From NCBI GenBank assembly GCA_023251855.1, contig JAHEYA010000001.1, positions 1-36,145 on the forward strand: 36,145 nt of DNA, in the 5' to 3' direction. Under the pieces are notes generated by a model that had not been told where the DNA came from, did no database searches, and worked only from the letters and a program-made list of their open reading frames with translations. A program made the translations under genes and the position numbers. This stretch comes from Bacteroidota bacterium. Lineage in GTDB: Bacteria; Bacteroidota; Bacteroidia; 2-12-FULL-35-15. Below are positions 25,861 through 33,139 of the stretch, piece by piece; the stretch's first letter is position 1; each line of letters begins with the position of its first letter.

Positions 25861-26613
25861 TCACTTGCGCTTTTTTATCAACTCTAAAATTCCATTGATA
25901 AATGTAAGAGGATGAATAGGGTTTCCCGGAACATATAAATCAATTTTGTATTTACTTAAAAAACGTCTGTTCAGTGCAGGACTTCCTTCAAATATTCCCC
26001 CGCTGATGGCATCTATGCCGGCGAGAATAATAATTTTTGGTTCAGGAGTTGCGTCATAACAGATTTGTAGCGGCTCTGCCATATTTTCTGAAACAGAACC
26101 TGTGATTACAATTCCATCTGCATGGCGGGGCGAAGCAACAAATTCAATTCCGAAACGACCCATATCAAAGTTCACATTGCCGCAAGCGTTCAGTTCCAAC
26201 TCACAACTGTTATCGCCTCCTGCTGATACTTGTCTTAACTTTAAAGAGCCACTGAAATATTCAAAAGTTTCTTTTCGAATCAAATCAGGATTTAATTCAA
26301 TCGGCTTATCCTCTCCTTCTCTAATAATGAGTCGTTCTCTTTCGTTAGAGGAAATTTTATAATCGGTTGTAAATTTTATTTTGTTAGGAAAAGCAAAAGC
26401 ACATTCGCCACAAAATGTGCATTTACCCAAATCAATTTTAACAGGACTTGTGTTGATTGCTCCTGTGGGACATAAATCTACAAGTTCCTGCTCATTCACT
26501 TTTTCAGAACTTATTATAGGTCTGCCCCGAAAAATTCCAGGCACCTCTGCTTTCGTTATATCGGGGATATATTGTTTTCCCTGATGAAAAAGTATTTTAA
26601 TATTTTTAATCAT
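25861..26613 (-). CDS. Fusion of a single-cluster ferredoxin remnant (HycF/NuoI-like) to a HycG/NuoB-like small subunit that lacks the canonical proximal [4Fe-4S] ligands
   Basis: The N-terminus has LCPTGAI ... CTFCGECAFAFP. The C-terminal part aligns to HycG: RFGIEFVASPRHADGIVITG and PEPKIIILAG. Three cluster motifs are altered: VDCGGCNGCE has become VSAGGDNSCE, GACGNSGG has become GIDAISGG, and PGCPP has become PGNPI. Confidence 0.82.
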   Translation of the reverse strand: MIKNIKILFHQGKQYIPDITKAEVPGIFRGRPIISSEKVNEQELVDLCPTGAINTSPVKIDLGKCTFCGECAFAFPNKIKFTTDYKISSNERERLIIREGEDKPIELNPDLIRKETFEYFSGSLKLRQVSAGGDNSCELELNACGNVNFDMGRFGIEFVASPRHADGIVITGSVSENMAEPLQICYDATPEPKIIILAGIDAISGGIFEGSPALNRRFLSKYKIDLYVPGNPIHPLTFINGILELIKKRK

Positions 26614-26624
26614 TTTTTTACTTT

Positions 26625-28121
26625 TTACAAATCATGTCCGCAATAAGATAAATCAAAACTTTTGTTGCAAATTGGAAAATCAGAAATTTCATTGTTGCGA
26701 ACAGCCAAAGCCAAAGCCAGCCAGTTGTGCATGGATGGATCTTTCACTTTGTAGTGTACCAGTTCGCCTTTTTCATCCGTGATAGCACAATGACAAATTT
26801 CTCCCCGCCATCCTTCCACCAATGAAATGACAAATGAATCAGATGAAGGAGGAGATAAAATAGTTCGATTCTTATTTTCTGAAGGAATATTCTCTGATAA
26901 TTTTCTGATGTATCCTATGGATTGTTTTATTTCTTCTTTTCGTATTTGCGCTCTTGAATAAACATCTCCGTGATTTTTAATAATCGGCTGATGATTTAAT
27001 GAAGAATAAAAATTGTGGGGATGTGATGAGCGAATATCCCGATTAATGCCACTCATTCTTGCCGACATTCCCACTGTACCGATGGATGACGCCTGTTCGG
27101 TTGTTACAATTCCTGTTTTTTCAAATCGCGCAAGCACAGTAGGCAAAGTAAATGTTTCTTTGCACATCTCATCAAAGTCGGGCTCATAATCGTCAAAAAG
27201 TTTATGAAGTGTATCACATAATGTTTTATGAAGAGGAAAATGATTTTTTCCTGCACGGATCAACCCTTTTGCAAGGCGGTTTCCGCACCATATTTGAAAA
27301 TAATTTATAACAGGTGTGCGTAACCTTCCGAAAACAGAACTTCCGAGTTGGTATGCAACATCCGTACACATAGCGCTCAAATCGCCTGTGTGAATAGCTA
27401 TGCGTTCTAACTCCAACGCAACTGTTCTTGCGTATTGCAACTCTTCATCTGCTTTGTAATTACATAAACTTTCCCAGAGATTAACGAAACAGGTGGTGTG
27501 TCCGGAAACTGCGTCACCTGAAATGTTTTCGGCAAGTGTGATGCGTTGCAATAATTTTTTCTTTTCAAGAAATAAGTTTTCAATTCCCCGATGCTGAAAT
27601 CCTAATTGAATTTCCAAATGAAGAATCTGTTCTCCGTTGCAGATGAAGCGGAAATGACCAGGTTCAATTACTCCTGCATGAATGGGACCTACCCCTACTT
27701 CGTGCAGCTCTTCGCTTTCAATTTTGTAAAATGGATAATTAGCAACTGTGGAATTTTTATCTGCTCTGTTGAATGAAAAACGTGTAGGTTTAAGCCAGGT
27801 GTGATCGGTGTAATTAATACCAAAATTTTCGTGAATCTCTCTTTCAAAAATGTGAAAAGCAAGGTGATGGTGTGTGAACGAAGAAAGTGTTTGATGTTGT
27901 TCAACTATAGAAGATGAAATATAAATAGTTCCTTCTTTATCATTTGCTATGCAGCAAATAAGTTTAATTTTTCCTTGAAAACGAAATCCATAATAGTTTA
28001 CGCAATGATAATGCGATTCCTTGAGCAGAGAAGTATTATGTTCCAGAAACTGCTCGTATCCTAACACAGGAATAGAGAGTACAGGAATACATTGATTATT
28101 TTTTACTTCGAGGTGATTCAT
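26625..28121 (-). CDS. HycE/HyfG/NuoCD-like 'large subunit' (fused NuoC-like and NuoD-like domains) lacking all four [NiFe] cysteine ligands
   Basis: NuoC-like segment FEREIHENFGINYTDH. Large-subunit core VGVGPIHAGVIEPGHFRF...LHLEIQLGFQHRGIE. The L1 motif position reads LAENISGDAVSGH (HycE: LAERVCGICGFAH). The C-terminal L2 position reads SFDLSYCGHDL (HycE: SLDPCYSCTDR). Confidence 0.85.
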   Translation of the reverse strand: MNHLEVKNNQCIPVLSIPVLGYEQFLEHNTSLLKESHYHCVNYYGFRFQGKIKLICCIANDKEGTIYISSSIVEQHQTLSSFTHHHLAFHIFEREIHENFGINYTDHTWLKPTRFSFNRADKNSTVANYPFYKIESEELHEVGVGPIHAGVIEPGHFRFICNGEQILHLEIQLGFQHRGIENLFLEKKKLLQRITLAENISGDAVSGHTTCFVNLWESLCNYKADEELQYARTVALELERIAIHTGDLSAMCTDVAYQLGSSVFGRLRTPVINYFQIWCGNRLAKGLIRAGKNHFPLHKTLCDTLHKLFDDYEPDFDEMCKETFTLPTVLARFEKTGIVTTEQASSIGTVGMSARMSGINRDIRSSHPHNFYSSLNHQPIIKNHGDVYSRAQIRKEEIKQSIGYIRKLSENIPSENKNRTILSPPSSDSFVISLVEGWRGEICHCAITDEKGELVHYKVKDPSMHNWLALALAVRNNEISDFPICNKSFDLSYCGHDL

Positions 28122-28122
28122 A

Positions 28123-29553
28123 TTAGTGCGGTAAATTTTTTATTGCATCGTTAATTAAATCGATAAATTCGGCCGGAGGATTAAAACCGAGATAAATAAC
28201 TAATCCAAGCAGGACAAACTGAGAAATGGATTCGTACCATTTTATTTTTTCTACCTCTTCATCATTAAATTCAACAGCAGGTGTGAACAAAAGTTTGAAA
28301 ATATTTTTCCCGAAGGCCCATATAATGATAGTGAGCAAAATCAAAAGAACAATCAGAACAAAAAGATAATGAGCTTCAAACAGCGATCTGAAAATCATAA
28401 ACTCGCTGATAAAAAGCCCCGATGGCGGCATAGCGGCACTACAAAAAAAGGCAAGCAATAATACCATTGCACCTGCGAGATTATATTTAAAATAATTTCC
28501 AACATCGTAAATGCTTTTGCTTTTATAGATGCGATAAACTTGTCCCATCTGAAAAAACATACTTGATTTCGCAAAAGCGTGCAAGATAATATGAAGAATA
28601 GCGGCATAATAACCAATTCCGCCTGCAACTAAACCAAGCATAACGATCCCTGCGTGTTCAATACTGGAATATGCCAGCATCCGTTTAATATTTTTTACTT
28701 TGAGCATATACACTGCTGAGACAAAAACAGAGAGCAAAGCCGCAATCATTATAATATGATTCGCCCACAAATGGAGTGAGGTGTGTGCAATTATTTCATA
28801 GAAGCGGAATATTCCTATGAATCCTACATTCATCAACACACTTCCCAAAAGCGCACCAGCAGGTGATGGGGCTTTATCTTTTGCGTCAATGCCCGCTGTA
28901 TACATTGGTACGAGACCAAGTTTTGCGGTATATCCTGTAAAAATGAAAATGAAAGCCAAACGAAGCCAAAAGATATTCAGACCACTCGCATTATTCAATA
29001 AATCAGGGAATGAAAGATCGGTGTGACCCGCCTGCTGTAAAGCGATACTGAGAAATAATATGCCTATAAAAACAAAAGTGATACTGATGGAACAAACAAA
29101 AATATATTTCCAGGTACCTTCTAGTGTACGGCTATTTCTTCGGTGGTAAATTAATGCAGAAGCGGAAAGTGTTGTCAGCTCGACAAAAATCCAAGTTACT
29201 GCTACGTGATTGGAAAGATATGCTGCGCTGATTGCAGCGATCAGCATGGTCATTGCAGAAAAATAAATTCCACGTTGTTGAGGGATGTCTTTGTGTTTAA
29301 GAAAATAAACATAACTGTGGTAATATGCAGGAATTGAAATAATGCTGAGCGTAATCAGCAGTAGAATTGACAATGCATCGGGTTTGAAGAAGCCGAAGAA
29401 CTCATCAACGTTGCGGTGATTGTATTCATAGGCTGTGAAAGCACATTGTCCGGTTATAAAAATTGCAACAAGCATATAATTCAGCAAACGGTTCCTGTTT
29501 AAAAACAACAGTGCGCTGATAATGATTGCTCCTGTTAAATATTCTGCTATCAT
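28123..29553 (-). CDS. Antiporter-like membrane subunit (HyfF/HyfD / NuoN/NuoM / MrpD family)
   Basis: 476 aa and polytopic. Motifs WIFVELTTLSASALI (TM5 Glu), GYTAKLGLVPMY (TM7 Lys), and LHAFAKSSMFF (TM8 Lys). Confidence 0.85.
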   Translation of the reverse strand: MIAEYLTGAIIISALLFLNRNRLLNYMLVAIFITGQCAFTAYEYNHRNVDEFFGFFKPDALSILLLITLSIISIPAYYHSYVYFLKHKDIPQQRGIYFSAMTMLIAAISAAYLSNHVAVTWIFVELTTLSASALIYHRRNSRTLEGTWKYIFVCSISITFVFIGILFLSIALQQAGHTDLSFPDLLNNASGLNIFWLRLAFIFIFTGYTAKLGLVPMYTAGIDAKDKAPSPAGALLGSVLMNVGFIGIFRFYEIIAHTSLHLWANHIIMIAALLSVFVSAVYMLKVKNIKRMLAYSSIEHAGIVMLGLVAGGIGYYAAILHIILHAFAKSSMFFQMGQVYRIYKSKSIYDVGNYFKYNLAGAMVLLLAFFCSAAMPPSGLFISEFMIFRSLFEAHYLFVLIVLLILLTIIIWAFGKNIFKLLFTPAVEFNDEEVEKIKWYESISQFVLLGLVIYLGFNPPAEFIDLINDAIKNLPH

Positions 29554-29561
29554 ATTATTTT

Positions 29562-30191
29562 TTAATCTTTCAGATTTTGTAATTGTTCCACATCCACATC
29601 TTTCAGCACATCTCCTATTTTGTTTACAAAAATTCCAAGAACAAGAACGCTTACAAAAAGGTCGAGCAGTATCCCGGTGTTCACCAACATAGGCATTTCA
29701 TTTCCTACGGCAAGCGACAAAATAAAAACGCCATTTTCGATGACCAGGAATCCCATCACATGTGTGATAATTTTTTTTCTAGTGATGATGATGTACAACC
29801 CAGTGAATAATGAGGAAAATGCTACCACAAAATAAATTTTATTTAAGTGTGGGTCCTCAATTATATTAGAAAGCAGGAAGGTAACAATGATGATGAACGT
29901 TACAATGATCAGGGATATAAAATTGGGCAGAAAAGGTTCTACTTCGCGGGTAATTCTGTTTCGCCTTATGATATAATTCAGTAAAAGGGGAACTGCAATG
30001 GTTTTAAAAACAATGGTTTCAAATAAAATAAAAATAAGGTTCAGGATGTTTATTTCTTTCAATTCGATAAAACTCACTCCGAATAAAAGAAGTCCCTGAA
30101 AGACAAGTATCTTAATGTAACTGCCCATACGATTGGCAATGCTGAGATAAATCAGCGTCATTGCAAAAGTGATTAGTAAAACATTGATCAT
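29562..30191 (-). CDS. HyfE-like small membrane subunit (hydrogenase-4 component E / NuoK-related)
   Basis: 209 aa. RKKIITHVMGFLVIENGVFILSLAV compares with E. coli HyfE RNILRQIFGYCLMENGSHLVLALL. The C-terminal VDVEQLQNLKD compares with LDVNNLTALKG. Confidence 0.8.
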   Translation of the reverse strand: MINVLLITFAMTLIYLSIANRMGSYIKILVFQGLLLFGVSFIELKEINILNLIFILFETIVFKTIAVPLLLNYIIRRNRITREVEPFLPNFISLIIVTFIIIVTFLLSNIIEDPHLNKIYFVVAFSSLFTGLYIIITRKKIITHVMGFLVIENGVFILSLAVGNEMPMLVNTGILLDLFVSVLVLGIFVNKIGDVLKDVDVEQLQNLKD

Positions 30192-30198
30192 AGTTTTT

Positions 30199-31104
30199 TT
30201 AAATAAATTTCCCTATTACCATCAAAACTCCAAAAAATATCATCAGGGCAACAGAAGTTAGTGTGAAAATAAATTGTGCATTATGATTCATTCGGAATCG
30301 TGCCGAGAAGGATTCAAGGATACCTACAATCACAGCAAAGATTATCTGGACCGCAAAGAATATAGGTATTGTCAAGTACATTTGAAAATTGGCAATAAAA
30401 AAATTTGCAATGAGCGCACCGTACATGGCAAATTTCAGGTTGGTAGCGAACAGAATTAACCCCAAATCAAAACCGCTATTGTCAAGAATCATCACTTCGT
30501 GAATCATCGTTAATTCAAGATGTGTTTTCGGGTCGTCAATAGGCATACGGCTGTTTTCAATCATCGCAATCATTATCAAAATGAATGTTGCCAGAACTCC
30601 AAGCGCATACGAGATGTATGAGCCAAAGTGCAATGAAATAAAAATGTCATGGAAGGAAGTGTGTCCGGTGAATAAAGCAAACGAACCCATCAAAATAAAA
30701 AATGCAGGCTCAGCCAACATAGAATACAATGCTTCGCGACTTGCTCCTATTCCTTCAAAACTGCTTCCTGTATCCATTGCCGAAATGATAGAGAAAAATT
30801 TACCAAGTGCAAGAACATATGCGAAAAAAACAAAATCACCTTCAAAAGAAATAATTCCTTTGTATTGCCCGAAGGGAATTACCAGGATCGCCATCAGCAC
30901 GGAAGCGAAATAAATGCTGGGGGCGATCTGAAAAACAAAACTGGTTGTTTTACTGTACACCGCATCTTTTTTCCACAAGCGTATAACGTCCTTCATGGGC
31001 TGAAATATCCCCGGACCCTTTCTCCCTGAAGCAATGCTTTTTGTCCGGATAATAATACCCATGAAAAATAAACTTGTAATAATTATCAAAGCAAAACTTA
31101 TCAT
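30199..31104 (-). CDS. NuoH/HyfC/HycD-like membrane subunit
   Basis: 301 aa with about 8 TM helices. The N-terminal signature is RTKSIASGRKGPGIFQPMKDVIRLWKK (NuoH-type R.GP...QP..D..KL..K). Confidence 0.85.
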   Translation of the reverse strand: MISFALIIITSLFFMGIIIRTKSIASGRKGPGIFQPMKDVIRLWKKDAVYSKTTSFVFQIAPSIYFASVLMAILVIPFGQYKGIISFEGDFVFFAYVLALGKFFSIISAMDTGSSFEGIGASREALYSMLAEPAFFILMGSFALFTGHTSFHDIFISLHFGSYISYALGVLATFILIMIAMIENSRMPIDDPKTHLELTMIHEVMILDNSGFDLGLILFATNLKFAMYGALIANFFIANFQMYLTIPIFFAVQIIFAVIVGILESFSARFRMNHNAQFIFTLTSVALMIFFGVLMVIGKFI

Positions 31105-31105
31105 A

Positions 31106-33139
31106 TTACAATTGATTTAAAAATTTCATTAATGATATTATTGCTCCATACAAAAATGGTAGTCCTATGACTAATGTAATAAAAATAAAGCCATACAGTA
31201 TGTAGAATTGCGGGTTGCCATTTTGCAGAAAACGAAATTTCCCAAAAAAATATTTCATCTGCTTAATCGGAATATCAATTAATAATTCTTCCATTTTATC
31301 CTGAGGGTGGGTTTCGTAGGAACTTTTTTCAGGGAAAATACTTTTTATCAACACCTCCTTTTTATGAATAGATAAAAACGGTTTGGCAAGTTTGCGGTAA
31401 GTACGAATAAAAGAATTTGCAGTGTACTGCATTTTCGCTGTATTGCCAACATACCCACATCCCCAAGTGGTTGCAAACGATTCCGGCTTTTGCTTTGTAA
31501 TTTGTTTACGGGTAAAAAAGATAATTCCCGCCAGCGAAATAAATCCCATAGCGCACCATCCGATGTATTGCATCGTGTACGCTATATCAGAAACGGGCGG
31601 CATCGTTTCTGTTGCAACAGATAATTTATCCTTAAATAATTTCAGCGGTTCAGATAACCAGTGAAGAAAAAAAATCGGGAATAAACCGATAGCAACAATT
31701 AACCCCATTACCAGATACATCGGAATAAGTTTTGCAGTATTTGCTTCGGATGGCTGATGAGAAAAACTGTGTTGTGGGCTGCCGAGAAATACCACACCGA
31801 ATGCCTTGGTAAAGCATAAGAGCGCAAGTCCGCCAATAAGTACCAATCCAAAAACAGAGGACAAAAGCGACAATGTTGAAAACAGATTTCCATGATTCAT
31901 TCCCTTGAACAAACCAAAATAAATCAAAAACTCAGAGGCAAATCCGTTAAATGGAGGGAGCCCGCATATAGCAAGTGCTGCAACCAGAAATAAAACAGAG
32001 GTGTGAGGCATTCGTTTCGCTAATCCGCCTAAGTGTTCAATATTCATCGTATGAGTAGACTGGTAAACATTGCCGGATCCATAAAACAAAAGTGATTTAA
32101 ACAGTGAGTGATTTAATACATGAAGCATAGCTCCGGCAAACCCGAGAGTTGTAAGAAGAAAATTATTTGTTCCAATCCCTATTGTTCCTAATCCTATTCC
32201 AATTCCAATGATTCCGATGTTCTCAATGCTGTGGTAGGCAAGAAGTTTTTTCAGATTATGTTGAACGATTGCGAGCATCACTCCGTAAATTCCTGAAACA
32301 ACAGAAATAAAAAGGATAATAAAACCTAATAAAACATAATCCGTTTTGATCAATAGAATCATTCGAAGGATTCCGTAAATGCCAATTTTGATAATCACTC
32401 CGGACATAATCCCTGAAACATGCGAAGGTGCAGCAGGATGTGCATAAGGAAGCCAGGTATGAAACGGAACAAATCCCGCCTTGATTGCAAATGCAGTGAA
32501 GAAGCAAAGAAACAAAGCCAAACTTGTGAGCGGAGGAAAAGAAGTTGAGAATTCGGTGATCGCTCTGAAGTCATAGGAATTCATCCGTGTTCCTACCCAT
32601 ATAAAACCAAGATAAAGAAACACCATGCTTACATGCGCCTGAATTAAATAATTGACCCCTGCTTTTATACAATCTTGTTTATAATGTTCAAAAATTATCA
32701 AAAAGAAGGACGACAATGCCATAATTTCCCATGCGAATAGAAATACAATTGCATTTTGCACAACACAGATTATTGTCAGCGCAGATTGAATTCCGAGATA
32801 TGCAATGCAATGGAGAGTAATATTTGAAGATTGTTCCCTGTAGGATCTCATATATTGCAAACCGTACAATGCACCTGTGATCATTGTGAAATTAATGAGC
32901 AATATAAACCATCCTGAAAGCCCATCAATCCGAATTGGAATTTCGCCTGTTACAAAAGTCCCCTTTAAAATAAACTCTATCTTATCACCAAGTAATGCTT
33001 TCACTGAAATAATACCCCCGATGACTGCAATCAGGATTACTGTCAAAAGAGTTACTATTCCCTTCCATTTTACGTTGAGAAAAGGAATCAGCAGAATGCT
33101 TATTGCAACAATCAACAGAGATATCGCAATCATTACCAT
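31106..33139 (-). CDS. Antiporter-like membrane subunit, HyfB/HycC/NuoL/MrpA family (copy 2)
   Basis: 677 aa. Motifs AWEIMALSSFFLI, FAIKAGFVPFHTWLPYAHPAAPSHVSG, LNHSLFKSLLFYGSG, and TWGCGY in the C-terminal extension. Its start codon overlaps the upstream stop (ATGA at 33137-33141). Confidence 0.88.
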   Translation of the reverse strand: MVMIAISLLIVAISILLIPFLNVKWKGIVTLLTVILIAVIGGIISVKALLGDKIEFILKGTFVTGEIPIRIDGLSGWFILLINFTMITGALYGLQYMRSYREQSSNITLHCIAYLGIQSALTIICVVQNAIVFLFAWEIMALSSFFLIIFEHYKQDCIKAGVNYLIQAHVSMVFLYLGFIWVGTRMNSYDFRAITEFSTSFPPLTSLALFLCFFTAFAIKAGFVPFHTWLPYAHPAAPSHVSGIMSGVIIKIGIYGILRMILLIKTDYVLLGFIILFISVVSGIYGVMLAIVQHNLKKLLAYHSIENIGIIGIGIGLGTIGIGTNNFLLTTLGFAGAMLHVLNHSLFKSLLFYGSGNVYQSTHTMNIEHLGGLAKRMPHTSVLFLVAALAICGLPPFNGFASEFLIYFGLFKGMNHGNLFSTLSLLSSVFGLVLIGGLALLCFTKAFGVVFLGSPQHSFSHQPSEANTAKLIPMYLVMGLIVAIGLFPIFFLHWLSEPLKLFKDKLSVATETMPPVSDIAYTMQYIGWCAMGFISLAGIIFFTRKQITKQKPESFATTWGCGYVGNTAKMQYTANSFIRTYRKLAKPFLSIHKKEVLIKSIFPEKSSYETHPQDKMEELLIDIPIKQMKYFFGKFRFLQNGNPQFYILYGFIFITLVIGLPFLYGAIISLMKFLNQL

